Shown: positions 19,065 through 29,315, numbered from the stretch's first letter. The stretch is 64,000 bases of DNA from an uncultured Actinomycetes bacterium (GCA_946803585.1 CAMPEQ010000005.1:91607-155606), one strand, 5' to 3'. The notes: generated by a model from the letters alone, not told the origin. Translations and numbers: made by a program.

Positions 19065-20492
19065 TTACGACCAGATTGCCGGGCGTCGCGGCTGGGAATC
19101 CTGGGTGCGTTCCAATGACGCGGCAAGCGAGATGATCGTCTCCTCGTCATGCATTCGGCCTACTAGCTGAACTCCGACCGGCAGGCCATCGTCGTTCCAG
19201 TTCAGCGGTACGTTGATGGCTGGCTGGCCGGTTACGTTGTAGACCGCACAGAATGGTGAGTACTCGACTTGGGCGGCGAAGTCGGCGGCCGGGTCGGCGT
19301 CGTTTCGTAACTGTCCGACCAGCGCCGGAAGGTCAGCAAGGGTTGGTGCTAGTACTGCATCGAGGTGGGCAGTGGCTTTCATTGCCGCACGCGACGAAGT
19401 CCGCATCATCGATACCGCGCTCGCGAGTTCAATACCCGAGACGCCACGCCCCTGCTCGCGCAAGTACTGGGTCAATGGACGCAGCTGGGTTTCGTCCTCA
19501 GGTCGTACCGGGCTTAGTAGCGCTAACGAGGACCAAATGGCCTGAAAGGTCGGCAGCACGTTGCTGTCGCGCAGGGGCGCTGGAATCTCGACGATCTCGT
19601 GTCCGAGCGATTCCAGGAGTGCAGCTGTCCGCTGAACCGCGGCCATGACATCAGGGTGCACCTGCACGTCGCTAAGCGAGGCGTCGGTGTAGAAGCCAAT
19701 CGTTAGTCGGCCAGGATCGCGCCTTGCCGCATCGAGGAATGTTCCGTTCATTGGCCCGCGCGCGGAGAATGGATCCCCCGGGAAAGCTCCAGCCATCACA
19801 TCAAGCAGAGCCGCGGCGTCGGCAACGGTGCGCGCCAGCGGTCCGTGCGTTGCCAGATCACCAATGGAATCGCGGATCGGGCCATTGCTCACCCGCCCGC
19901 GGGTTGGTTTGATCCCAACTAGTCCGGTGACCGAACTGGGGATTCGAATCGAGCCACCGCCGTCGCTTCCGTGGGCAATTGGGGCCAACCCTGCTGCCAC
20001 GGCAGCGGCCGCTCCCCCGCTCGATCCACCTGCTGAGCGTTGAAGGTCCCAGGGCGTCCTCGCGGGAGGTGCGACATCCGGCTCGGTGTAGCACGTTAGG
20101 CCCATCTCCGGGGTGTTGGTCTTACCGGTGAATACCAAGCCGGCTGACCGCATACTCGCGACAACGTTGTCGTCGGTGGCAGGCGTGACGGTAAACACCT
20201 GAGAACCGAAGCGCGTCGCAACGCCGGCTACGAAGTCCAGATCCTTGACTGGGCACACCACTCCGAAGAGCGCCGGAAGCTCTCCGGGTGCTTCCGCTTG
20301 TCGCACGCGCTCGTCGGCCGCACGGGCCTGATCAATCGCGAGCTCCGGGGTAGTGAGAACGAATGCACCAACCTCATCCGTGAGGCGCTCACTGCGTTCT
20401 AGATAGTGCTCGGCGAGCTCGACGGCCGAGACCTCTCCCGAGTGAATCGCCGCCCCCTGCTCGAGCGCGGTGAGATCGTGTAGAGCTGCCAC
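19065..20492 (-). CDS. Amidase (amidase-signature family)
   Basis: 475 aa. GGSSGGAAAAVAAGLAPIAHGSDGGGSIRIPSS signature. Confidence 0.9.
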   Translation of the reverse strand: MAALHDLTALEQGAAIHSGEVSAVELAEHYLERSERLTDEVGAFVLTTPELAIDQARAADERVRQAEAPGELPALFGVVCPVKDLDFVAGVATRFGSQVFTVTPATDDNVVASMRSAGLVFTGKTNTPEMGLTCYTEPDVAPPARTPWDLQRSAGGSSGGAAAAVAAGLAPIAHGSDGGGSIRIPSSVTGLVGIKPTRGRVSNGPIRDSIGDLATHGPLARTVADAAALLDVMAGAFPGDPFSARGPMNGTFLDAARRDPGRLTIGFYTDASLSDVQVHPDVMAAVQRTAALLESLGHEIVEIPAPLRDSNVLPTFQAIWSSLALLSPVRPEDETQLRPLTQYLREQGRGVSGIELASAVSMMRTSSRAAMKATAHLDAVLAPTLADLPALVGQLRNDADPAADFAAQVEYSPFCAVYNVTGQPAINVPLNWNDDGLPVGVQLVGRMHDEETIISLAASLERTQDSQPRRPAIWS

Positions 20493-20495
20493 TGG

Positions 20496-20942
20496 CTACT
20501 TCTTTCCCTTGCTGTCAGTTGCCTTGAGTTGGGTTAGCTCGGCCTTCTTGGTAGATCGTCGACTCACCATCATCATGATTCCGGCGCAGAGTGCGGCTCC
20601 GATAAGTGCCATCCCGAGCAGGACAAAGATCAGCGGCATCGATGCGGTAAAGGCGAGAAAGTTGATATTTACCGTCTCGCGGTTCAGGAAGACGAAGGTG
20701 ATCACGTAGATGGCCAGTAACGTCCACGCCACCGGCCGGATGTAGGCCGTCCAGGGGGTCTTGTGTGTCAGTGGCGGAACTGGACCGCTGGCCGCGGGTG
20801 CCCCCGGTGCACCTGAAGCGCCGGGGGTAGCAGACGGCGGTACGCTGGTGGGCGGTGTGGAGTTGTCAGCACCTCCTGGTCGCGCTGGGCCGCTCGCAGG
20901 CTGCTGGTTCTGCCCAGTCGGTTCTTCGGACCCTGTAGCCAT
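20496..20942 (-). CDS. Membrane protein with Pro/Ala/Gly-rich N-terminus and a LapA-like (DUF1049) two-TM domain
   Basis: Start trimmed to MATGSEEP (GGAGG 5 nt upstream). FLNRETVNINFLAFTASMPLIFVLLGMALIGAALCAGI. Confidence 0.5.
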   Translation of the reverse strand: MATGSEEPTGQNQQPASGPARPGGADNSTPPTSVPPSATPGASGAPGAPAASGPVPPLTHKTPWTAYIRPVAWTLLAIYVITFVFLNRETVNINFLAFTASMPLIFVLLGMALIGAALCAGIMMMVSRRSTKKAELTQLKATDSKGKK

Positions 20943-21008
20943 GACTGCCTCCAGTGCAGATCTCTCGATTGCGCTTCCCCGAATGCCCACGCCTTTCTCC
21001 CTCGCGAG

Positions 21009-21146
21009 TCTAGTCGGTTACAAGCCCCGTGGCAGCCGCGCCAGAGCGCCGAGAAACCCACTAGGTGACGGTTGACCGATGGTCCTGAACCTGGCTCGTG
21101 GGGTATCTAGTCGTTAAAACTGCCCTGCTGGACTCCCCACTAGGTG
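21009..21146. promoter_or_regulatory. Four CTAG-centred motifs in alternating orientation within a divergent promoter region
   Basis: TCTAGTCGGTTA (21009-21020), CCCACTAGGTG (21057-21067), TCTAGTCGTTA (21106-21116), CCCACTAGGTG (21136-21146). The two motif types are imperfect reverse complements of each other. Confidence 0.4.
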
Positions 21147-21234
21147 TCAATTGGGGCGGCAAGCCAAGCAATAACACCGGATAACGGCCGTCCGAGCGTC
21201 ATATCTGCAGATCCCAGCCAATAGGGTCGAGCCT

Positions 21235-23472
21235 ATGACCGCGCCGAAAAGTTCCGCGCCAATTGGGCCGACCGAATTAGCCACTGCTGCTGACTTGGCC
21301 GCTGCCGTTGGCTCGGGAGCTGAAGCCCCAACACCATCTAGGCAACCAACCTCCGGCCCTGCGGCCTTTGCCTATCCAAGCGCACCTCGAGACGATGTCC
21401 TCGACCTTCTCCACGGGTATCAGGTCGCTGATCCATATAGGTGGCTCGAGGATCGTGATAGCCCGGCGACCGAGCTGTGGCTAGCCGAACAGGCAGACCT
21501 ATTCGCTGGAGTCCAGCAGGAATGGCAAACCGGCGATTACTGGCGCGACCGACTGGAAGCGCTGTTGGGGTCAGGAACGATTAGCCCGCCAGTGTGGCGC
21601 GGCGACCGGATATTCTTCATGCGCCGCGAGCCCGGGCAGGAACATGCCGTGCTGTACTGCACGGACGCAGCTGGGAACGAGCGCATCCTGTTGGATCCGA
21701 TGCAGATCGACCCCACCGGGCTGACCACCCTTGACTCGTGGCAACCGACTAAGCAGGGACACCGACTGGCCTATCAGCTGTCTTGTGGTGGGACGGAGGA
21801 GTCGGCCGTCTACGTGATGGATGTCGAGACTGACGAAATCCTGGAAGGCCCGATCGATCGGGCCCGTTACTCCCCTATCGGCTGGCTCTTGGATGGCGAG
21901 CAGTACTACTACGTTCGTCGTCTACCACCCGAGCAGGTTCCCGATGGCGAGGAGCAGTACCACCGCCGTGTGTGGCTGCACCGGGTTGGCGATGACCCAG
22001 CCAACGACTCAATGATCTTTGGTGAGCATCGAAAGAAGACCGAGTATTTTGGGGCGTCAGTAAGCCGCGATGGTCGATGGCTCACCGTGAGTGCGAGCGA
22101 GGGAACCGCTCCACGAAACGATTTATGGGTGGGCGACCTTGCCAACAGCGATCCCGCAGCCCCTGTACTGACTCCCGTTCAGGTCGGCGTGGATGCCCAC
22201 ACGGGTCTGCGATTTGGTCGAGACGGGCGGGTGTACGTCTATACCGATCGCGATGCCCAGCGGGGCATGCTCTACGTAACCGATCCAACCAAACTGGATC
22301 CCGCGAACTGGCGAACGTTGATTCCCGAAGACCCCGAGGCAGTTCTTGAGGGATACGCCATCCTGGATGGACCAGAACTCGAGCGTGCCCTACTGCTTGT
22401 CTCGTGGACACGTCACGCGGTCAGCGAGGTCTCGATTCATGACCTGGACTCAGGCACCCGCCTCGGCGAGATCCCGCTACCCGGGATCGGCACCATTGGC
22501 GGGATCGTTGAACGACCCGACGGGGGCCACGAGGCCTGGTTCAGCTACACCGACCACGCCACGATTCCCCGAGTCCTGCGCTATGACGCACTCACCGACG
22601 AGTGTGAGGTCTATGCCTACCCCTCAGGCTTCGTTGAGGTTCCAAAGATCACCTCAGCGATGTACTCCTACCAAAGTAAAGACGGCACTGAGGTTCGGTT
22701 GATGGTGCTGTCCCCGGCAGTTGATTCCGGTCATCCTGCTCATCCTCCGCGACCAACAGTGCTCTACGGCTATGGCGGGTTCGGGATTTCGATGGTGCCG
22801 TCCTACTCACCATCGGTTCTGGCCTGGGTCGAGGCAGGCGGGGTCTACGCAATCGCTTGTCTACGTGGCGGGTCAGAGGAAGGCGAACACTGGCACCGGG
22901 AAGGCATGCTAGGCAAGAAGCAGAACGTCTACGACGACTTCATCGCTGCTGCAGAATGGCTCATTGAGAACGACTGGACCACGCCCGAGCAGTTGGTCAT
23001 CAGCGGAGGATCCAACGGTGGGCTACTTGTTGGCGCCGCCCTCACCCAGCGGCCCGAGCTGTTCGCCGGTGTCCATTGCTCCGCTCCGCTACTAGACATG
23101 ATTCGTTACGAGACATCGGGACTCGGTGCGACATGGAATGTCGAGTACGGCAGTGCCGAGGTTGCCCAGGAGTTTGACTGGCTGGCCGGGTACTCGCCGT
23201 ACCATCACGTCGTCGGCGGCACGGCCTATCCTGCGACGCTATTCACCACGTTCGATCACGACACTCGGGTCGATCCAATGCACGCTCGAAAAATGTGCGC
23301 GGCCATGCAAGCTGCAACATCATCATCACGCCCCATACTCTTGCGAAGCGAACGTGATGTTGGGCATGGAGCACGGTCAATTTCGCGCACTATTGACCTC
23401 TCATCGGATGTCTTGGCATTCATGGCGCAGACCACTAGGCTCAGTCCGCCGCACCGGGAAGAAAAGAGCTAG
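21235..23472 (+). CDS. Prolyl oligopeptidase family serine peptidase (S9A)
   Basis: 745 aa. VADPYRWLED N-terminus, catalytic GGSNGGLLVGAA, C-terminal D...H residues. Confidence 0.9.
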   Translation: MTAPKSSAPIGPTELATAADLAAAVGSGAEAPTPSRQPTSGPAAFAYPSAPRDDVLDLLHGYQVADPYRWLEDRDSPATELWLAEQADLFAGVQQEWQTGDYWRDRLEALLGSGTISPPVWRGDRIFFMRREPGQEHAVLYCTDAAGNERILLDPMQIDPTGLTTLDSWQPTKQGHRLAYQLSCGGTEESAVYVMDVETDEILEGPIDRARYSPIGWLLDGEQYYYVRRLPPEQVPDGEEQYHRRVWLHRVGDDPANDSMIFGEHRKKTEYFGASVSRDGRWLTVSASEGTAPRNDLWVGDLANSDPAAPVLTPVQVGVDAHTGLRFGRDGRVYVYTDRDAQRGMLYVTDPTKLDPANWRTLIPEDPEAVLEGYAILDGPELERALLLVSWTRHAVSEVSIHDLDSGTRLGEIPLPGIGTIGGIVERPDGGHEAWFSYTDHATIPRVLRYDALTDECEVYAYPSGFVEVPKITSAMYSYQSKDGTEVRLMVLSPAVDSGHPAHPPRPTVLYGYGGFGISMVPSYSPSVLAWVEAGGVYAIACLRGGSEEGEHWHREGMLGKKQNVYDDFIAAAEWLIENDWTTPEQLVISGGSNGGLLVGAALTQRPELFAGVHCSAPLLDMIRYETSGLGATWNVEYGSAEVAQEFDWLAGYSPYHHVVGGTAYPATLFTTFDHDTRVDPMHARKMCAAMQAATSSSRPILLRSERDVGHGARSISRTIDLSSDVLAFMAQTTRLSPPHREEKS

Positions 23473-23499
23473 CCGTGTCAAAACGATGCAAGGGTCGAG

Positions 23500-24531
23500 G
23501 TGAATAGCGCAGTGACACTTCCATCGTGGAATTCGGTCTGGCAGGCCCTTATCGGCACACCGCTGCGGATCGCCGTTGTCGTTGCCTTCTGCTTCTTCCT
23601 TTGGCTATTCGTCACGGTCATGATCAGTCGCGTCACCAAGCGACTCGTGGCAAAGTCATCGGCTGAGCGCCAGACAGTGGCCCGTCGGGCAGAACATACT
23701 GGCGATCTCAGCCAGGTGCTCATGAGCCAGCGACGCAAAGCACGGGCCGAGGCGATCGCCTCGCTCTTGCGCTCAGTCACGACAGCCTTCTTCGCTGCGA
23801 TTGGCATTCTCCTCGTCCTTGCCCAGCTCAACATCAACATCACTCCCCTGTTGGCGAGCGCGGGCGTCGTTGGTGTTGCACTTGGTTTTGGTGCCCAAAG
23901 CATGGTGAAGGACTACCTGTCGGGCATCTTCCTCATTCTTGAGGACCAGTACGGAGTCGGCGATGTCGTCGACCTCGGGCCAGTGGTCGGAACAATCGAA
24001 GACGTCACCTTGCGTGTGACCCAACTACGCGATATGTCCGGCGTCGTTTGGTACGTCCGCAACGGCGAGATCGTCCGGGTAGCCAACCGCTCCCAGGGTT
24101 GGACGTTGGCAACTGTCGATATCCCCGTGCGCTACAGCGAGGACCTCGACAAGGTCCGCAACCTCGTCGAAGCGGTCGCCACGGATATGGACGAAGATCC
24201 CCAGTACGACGACATGTTGTTAGGCAAGCCAACCTTCGCCGGTGTCGAATCAGTCAGCGGAGACTCGGTCACGGTACGAGTAACAGCCAAAGCGATGCCA
24301 GAAAAGCAGGTCGCCGCGACGCGAATCCTGCGTGAGCGTCTCAAGGTCACGTTCGACCGAGCCGGGCTGTCGGTGACGTCCGGCGGATCAACCACCGCCT
24401 CTAGTAAGATCAAGTACCCCGATAGCCCAGATACCGGGCCCACACCAGAGATCGAGGTTTCCGAGGCAGAGCTGCCTGGTCCGGGTCAACCTCCACCGAA
24501 GACGTACGGCACCGGCCCACTAAAGCCATAG
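23500..24531 (+). CDS. Mechanosensitive ion channel (MscS family)
   Basis: 343 aa. TM helices followed by DYLSGIFLILEDQYGVGDVVDLGPVVGTIEDVTLRVTQLR. Confidence 0.85.
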   Translation: MNSAVTLPSWNSVWQALIGTPLRIAVVVAFCFFLWLFVTVMISRVTKRLVAKSSAERQTVARRAEHTGDLSQVLMSQRRKARAEAIASLLRSVTTAFFAAIGILLVLAQLNINITPLLASAGVVGVALGFGAQSMVKDYLSGIFLILEDQYGVGDVVDLGPVVGTIEDVTLRVTQLRDMSGVVWYVRNGEIVRVANRSQGWTLATVDIPVRYSEDLDKVRNLVEAVATDMDEDPQYDDMLLGKPTFAGVESVSGDSVTVRVTAKAMPEKQVAATRILRERLKVTFDRAGLSVTSGGSTTASSKIKYPDSPDTGPTPEIEVSEAELPGPGQPPPKTYGTGPLKP

Positions 24532-24547
24532 CCGTAAGCTGTGCAGG

Positions 24548-25003
24548 GTGAGTAGCGAACCGACTGGCCAGACTCCGTACGAGCGATTCGGTGGGCACGA
24601 CTTCTTCGTGGCCCTCGTTGGCGATTTCTACCGCGGTGTGGCCGACGATCCCATCCTGCGGCCGCTGTACCCCGAGGAGGACCTCGGACCGGCCGAGGAC
24701 CGGTTCCGAATGTTCCTTGAGCAGTATTGGGGCGGCCCCACGACGTACTCAGATCAGCGCGGGCACCCCCGGTTGCGATTGCGGCACGGGCCCTTCGCCA
24801 TTGATGAGACCGCACGCGACCACTGGCTGATGCACATTCGAACCGCCCTAGATGCCCGCGAACTATCGCCGGAACTCGATGACGAGATGTGGCGCTACCT
24901 GGTCTCCGCAGCGCACGCGATGGTCAATGTCCAGGAGACATTGCGGCCAGCGAAACCGAGCTTCGGGATCCAGCCAGAGTCAGACGAGGGATCCCAGAGT
25001 TAG
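24548..25003 (+). CDS. glbO: Group II truncated haemoglobin
   Basis: 151 aa. YERFGGHDFF...LRPLYPEEDLGPAEDRFRMFLEQYWGGPTTYSDQRGHPRLRLRH, close to mycobacterial GlbO (from memory). Confidence 0.9.
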   Translation: MSSEPTGQTPYERFGGHDFFVALVGDFYRGVADDPILRPLYPEEDLGPAEDRFRMFLEQYWGGPTTYSDQRGHPRLRLRHGPFAIDETARDHWLMHIRTALDARELSPELDDEMWRYLVSAAHAMVNVQETLRPAKPSFGIQPESDEGSQS

Positions 25004-25663
25004 ATTCGATGCTCCATCTGGGGTGAAGACCTGCCCTGAGGGAGTTGCCAACCGAGTCCATCCCGCGGTTGTGGCCGCGCCCACCTGCGCCTCGGCGTTC
25101 GTAAGGAATCCGAGCCTGCGGGCTGTGTGGACAGCTCGCATCGGAACACCGCCGGGTGCTGGACGCGACCAAATCTCCTCCGCCACCCGCTGAGCTGCGG
25201 CCGCGTCGACGTCTCCACCCTCTGGCACGCGTCGGCGGAACTCAGCCAGAGCCTGCTCAACCAGCGGATTCAAGTCACCAGCGGTCGTCGATCCGACTCC
25301 CTCCCACCCTGAAAGCGGCGGGAGGGTTAGCAGTTCAAGAGGCCCTGTCACTGGGTCGGGAACGCGAAGCTTGCGACCTGCGAACCCACGCGGCGGAAGT
25401 GATACATCGCCGAGGATGTCGCGCATTCGCCCGGCGGACACAGTTCGCCCGTGAACGACTTCCTCAGGCTCGCCAGCCGATGACAGTGGCACCGCGACAA
25501 AGGTAATGCAACCGGTCGGCGGCGCCCCGAAGAACCCGACCACGCGATCACGTTGGGTGATTCGAACCGAGGCCCTGGCATCCCATTCGGTCAGGTTGTT
25601 CAGATAGCTAGCTAGGAAGACCACCTCAGCATGGCGCATATGTAGCGCTGCTTGGTCAGCCAC
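24980..25663 (-). CDS. Hypothetical protein, unknown function
   Basis: 227-aa ORF. Convergent 24-nt overlap with glbO. No motif recognised. Confidence 0.55.
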   Translation of the reverse strand: MADQAALHMRHAEVVFLASYLNNLTEWDARASVRITQRDRVVGFFGAPPTGCITFVAVPLSSAGEPEEVVHGRTVSAGRMRDILGDVSLPPRGFAGRKLRVPDPVTGPLELLTLPPLSGWEGVGSTTAGDLNPLVEQALAEFRRRVPEGGDVDAAAAQRVAEEIWSRPAPGGVPMRAVHTARRLGFLTNAEAQVGAATTAGWTRLATPSGQVFTPDGASNLTLGSLV

Positions 25664-25668
25664 AGAAC

Positions 25669-27339
25669 CTAGCCCCGCGTCAGTTTGCGATAGGTGGCGC
25701 GAGTCGGCCGAGCAGCCTCAGGACCGAGACGGTCGATCTTGTTGGCCTCGTAGGACTCAAAGTTCCCCTCAAACCAGAACCACTGCGAGTCACCCTCATA
25801 CGCGAGGATATGGGTGGCGACCCGATCAAGGAACCAGCGATCGTGACTGGTGATGACGGCACAGCCGGGGAACTCCAATAACGCGTTCTCCAGGCTCGCG
25901 AGGGTCTCAACGTCGAGGTCGTTTGTCGGCTCATCGAGGAGTAGAAGGTTGCCACCGATTTTGAGCGTCAGCGCAAGGTTCAGGCGGTTGCGCTCTCCAC
26001 CGGAGAGCACCCCGGCAGGCTTCTGCTGATCGGGGCCTTTGAAGCCGAAGGCGCCGACATAGGCCCGACTCGGCATCTCGACGTGGCCGACCTTGAGGTA
26101 GTCCAACCCATCAGAGACGACCTCCCACACGTTCTTCTTTGGATCGATTCCGCCGCGGTTCTGGTCGACGTAGCTGACCGACACGGTGTCGCCAACTTTG
26201 ATCGAGCCGCTATCGGGTTCTTCCTCCCCCACGAGCATCTTGAACAGTGTGGTCTTACCGACACCGTTGGGACCGATGACTCCGACGATTCCGTTGCGAG
26301 GTAGCGAGAACGACAAGTCGTCCATGAGTAACTTCTCGCCGAACCCCTTGGTGAGATCGGTGGACTCCACGACAATGCCGCCCAGTCGGGGGCCGGGCGG
26401 AATCTGGATCTCCTCAAAATCAAGCTTTGAGGTCCGTTCAGCCTCGGCCGCCATCTCCTCGTATCGGTCGAGGCGGGACTTACTCTTGGCCTGGCGCGCT
26501 TTGGGGTTGGATCGGACCCAGTCGAGCTCATCGGTCAGGCGCTTACGGAGCTTCGCGTCCTTATTGCCCTCGACTTTGAGCCGCGCGGCCTTTGCCTCCA
26601 AGTACGTCGAGTAGTTGCCCTCGTAGGGATAGGCGTGTCCTCGGTCGAGTTCGAGGATCCACTGGGCGACATTGTCAAGGAAGTAGCGATCGTGAGTGAT
26701 GGCCACAATCGTGCCGGGGTACTTCTCCAAGTGCTGTTCAAGCCACAGCACGCTCTCGGCGTCGAGGTGGTTTGTGGGCTCATCGAGTAGGAGCAGGTCT
26801 GGCTGGGCAAGTAACAGCTTGCACAGCGCCACGCGACGTCGCTCTCCACCAGAGAGCACGGTGACGTCAGCATCCGGCGGTGGGCAACGCAGTGCGTCCA
26901 TCGCCTGCTCGAGTTGGGCGTCTAGATCCCACGCGTTGCGGTGATCGAGCTGCTCCTGCAGCGTTCCCATTTCTGCGAGGAGCGTGTCGTAGTCAGCCTC
27001 TGGATCTGCGAGCTCCTCGGAGATCTCGTTGAAGCGCTTAAGCATCGCCTTAGTCTCGGCAACGCCCTCTTCGACGTTCTCGAGCACGTTCTTCTCAGGA
27101 TTGAGGTCCGGCTCCTGCAACAGAATTCCGACGGAGGCCCCCGGAGCCAGGATCGCGTCACCGTTTGAAGGTTGGTCGAGGCCTGCCATGATCTTGATCA
27201 GACTCGACTTACCTGCACCGTTTGGTCCGACGACACCAATCTTCGCACCCGGCAGGAATGACAGGGTTACATCGTCAAGGACAACCTTGTCACCATGCGC
27301 TCGACGCGCTTTCCGCAATGTGTAAATGAATTCAGCCAC
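25669..27339 (-). CDS. ettA: Energy-dependent translational throttle protein EttA (ABC-F ATPase)
   Basis: 556 aa. MAEFIYTLRKARRAHGDKVVLDDVTLSFLPGAKIGVVGPNGAGKSS. Two ABC cassettes (LSGGERRRVALCKLL; LSGGERNRLNLALTL). Confidence 0.95.
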   Translation of the reverse strand: MAEFIYTLRKARRAHGDKVVLDDVTLSFLPGAKIGVVGPNGAGKSSLIKIMAGLDQPSNGDAILAPGASVGILLQEPDLNPEKNVLENVEEGVAETKAMLKRFNEISEELADPEADYDTLLAEMGTLQEQLDHRNAWDLDAQLEQAMDALRCPPPDADVTVLSGGERRRVALCKLLLAQPDLLLLDEPTNHLDAESVLWLEQHLEKYPGTIVAITHDRYFLDNVAQWILELDRGHAYPYEGNYSTYLEAKAARLKVEGNKDAKLRKRLTDELDWVRSNPKARQAKSKSRLDRYEEMAAEAERTSKLDFEEIQIPPGPRLGGIVVESTDLTKGFGEKLLMDDLSFSLPRNGIVGVIGPNGVGKTTLFKMLVGEEEPDSGSIKVGDTVSVSYVDQNRGGIDPKKNVWEVVSDGLDYLKVGHVEMPSRAYVGAFGFKGPDQQKPAGVLSGGERNRLNLALTLKIGGNLLLLDEPTNDLDVETLASLENALLEFPGCAVITSHDRWFLDRVATHILAYEGDSQWFWFEGNFESYEANKIDRLGPEAARPTRATYRKLTRG

Positions 27340-27373
27340 GTGAAGTAAGGGTAGTAAGCCCGCCAGGCGTCTC

Positions 27374-27784
27374 CTACGCCGCGTCCGGATCAGCCTTTGT
27401 CAGGGTTAGTGATCGACGCGCAGGTCGACTCTCGAACTGGCTCTGTCCGCGGGCGAGGTCATGACCAATTGAGTTCGCGCTGATCTCTGCCACCGACCCG
27501 CGCGATCCGTCGTGGGACTGCCATTCACGCACCCGCAGCCGCCCGGACACCACCACCGGATCTCCCTTGCAAATGCTCGCGTGAACGTTGTCTGCCAGAC
27601 TGCGCCAACTCAATACCGTAAAGAATGACGGTTCAGCATCAACGAAGCGATTCGTTATTCGATCAAAGCGCCGTTCCTTCACGAGGATCCGGAAGCGGGC
27701 ATTCCCGTGGCCCCCGTCTTGTGACTTCGTGTACCTGATATCACTGACCACTTTGCCGATGAGTACCACGCTACTGTCGTTCAT
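27374..27784 (-). CDS. Single-stranded DNA-binding protein paralogue (OB fold) lacking the acidic C-terminal tip
   Basis: 136 aa. VVLIGKVVSDIRYTKSQDGGHGNARFRILV...FFTVLSWRSLADNV...VVVSGRLRVREWQ. Ends ...TKADPDAA. Confidence 0.75.
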   Translation of the reverse strand: MNDSSVVLIGKVVSDIRYTKSQDGGHGNARFRILVKERRFDRITNRFVDAEPSFFTVLSWRSLADNVHASICKGDPVVVSGRLRVREWQSHDGSRGSVAEISANSIGHDLARGQSQFESRPARRSLTLTKADPDAA

Positions 27785-27929
27785 TACTCCCCCAAATGAG
27801 TCGCCGTATCAACCATGTTCACGACGTACTCTTGCGGTCCAAGACCCTGGGAGGAAGACCCAAAGAAAGATCTGTGGAAACTCAACCAGCTATCGCGCGG
27901 CCGGTGGAAATCGCTAGCCGAACCGGTAG

Positions 27930-29315
27930 CTAGCAGTCGAAATGGTGGTAGTCGCGGTAGCCGCCACCCCAGTGACAGCCAACCTTACGTAGAACTTTCG
28001 TTGCCTTCGATCGCGACTTGAACATCCCCGCAGACTTCGCAGAACGGTTCAGGTAGTACGTGTTGGGGTAGGTCCCCTTTGCCGAGACGTAGGGGTTCTC
28101 GAATGGGTTGATATCCAGTGATCGACCACTTGCATGCGGCGACCTAACTCGCTGCGACTCGCGGCCAACCACATAGCGGCAGTTGAAGGCGCTGGTGTTG
28201 TCGGCAGCCATCGACTTGTAGTCATTCGCTCCTGGACGTCCGCCGCGGTTCTTGCCGTAGACATCAACGAGTTGCATTTGCCGTATTGGAAAGCGCTTCT
28301 TGTAGAGCCGCTTGAATATTTTCGCAGTCTTCTTTCCGATTGATCGCGAGACGACGATCTGCCCCCGATGACGGTAGCCGTCAAATCCACGGTAGTTCAC
28401 TTGCACCAACCGCAATTTCTTACGAGGTGTGCACCCCTTGCGCCAGGTCAGTCCGTTCATCGAGCGCCACACATTGCCGGGGATCTTTCGTGATATCGAC
28501 TTGGCACCACCACCGATCGGCTGCTCCCCGACCGGGTAGACGTTCGCAGGTTGCGGCGAACCTGCAGGCCGCTTTGCGAGTTTGAAACGAGGGGTTGTCC
28601 GCGCGGTCTCGGATGCGCTCGACTCAAGACCTTTCCGCGTAACGACCGCCGTATAGACCGGGTTCTTCCACGGCCGCACTCGGAAAGTCGCGACACCGCC
28701 TACGGCTGTTGCGGAGCCGACCTTAGACCTAGAAGACTGGGTGGGTTCTTGACCGAAGAGAACGACCTTCCCCCGTGCAAGTACTCCGTTGTCGCGAACT
28801 TGCACGGTCACATCAGTCGCCCGTTCCGAGACGGTCGTGGCCACCCTCACTTTGACATTGAGCGAACCCTGCCGAGAGATCACGGCCTGCCCTGACTCGG
28901 CGTTGCCGGCAGTCGCAACCACCGTGTACGTCCCCGAGGGCAGACTCAGTTCGACGCGATACTCCCCGTCAGCATTTGTGGTATCGCTGTCTTGGTAGAC
29001 CTCCCCATCCTCCGACGTCGCGACGACCGTGACCAGCGCGCCAACCACCGGGTCGTCGGATTCGTCGGTGACCAATCCCGTCACCACGCCGGAATCGTCG
29101 GCAGAGATTGTCGTTGTGACCGGTGTCCCTACTTCGAAGGGCTGTACCAGGGGCGCGTCGTCCGGGATGTCGTCAATAAGCGGGCCGGCTTCATGTTCAC
29201 TGCGCGGGATCGGGTCGAAATCCGGACTCGCAGCCGCCGAGGTGGCTACCAAGCCGGAGAACATGACGCCAGAAAGCGCTCCGCCAATTGCGATTCTCCT
29301 AGCTAGTGTCTGCAT
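27930..29315 (-). CDS. Secreted M15-family (VanY / D-Ala-D-Ala carboxypeptidase-like) peptidase with N-terminal CarboxypepD_reg-like beta-sandwich domain(s)
   Basis: Start trimmed to MQTLARRIAIGGALSGVMFSGLVATSAAAS (signal peptide; AGAGG SD). GALVTVVATSEDGEVYQDSDTTNADGEYRVELSLPSGTYTV. C-terminal ...ADNTSAFNCR...SPHASGRSLDINP...WGGGYRDYHHFD. Confidence 0.75.
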   Translation of the reverse strand: MQTLARRIAIGGALSGVMFSGLVATSAAASPDFDPIPRSEHEAGPLIDDIPDDAPLVQPFEVGTPVTTTISADDSGVVTGLVTDESDDPVVGALVTVVATSEDGEVYQDSDTTNADGEYRVELSLPSGTYTVVATAGNAESGQAVISRQGSLNVKVRVATTVSERATDVTVQVRDNGVLARGKVVLFGQEPTQSSRSKVGSATAVGGVATFRVRPWKNPVYTAVVTRKGLESSASETARTTPRFKLAKRPAGSPQPANVYPVGEQPIGGGAKSISRKIPGNVWRSMNGLTWRKGCTPRKKLRLVQVNYRGFDGYRHRGQIVVSRSIGKKTAKIFKRLYKKRFPIRQMQLVDVYGKNRGGRPGANDYKSMAADNTSAFNCRYVVGRESQRVRSPHASGRSLDINPFENPYVSAKGTYPNTYYLNRSAKSAGMFKSRSKATKVLRKVGCHWGGGYRDYHHFDC

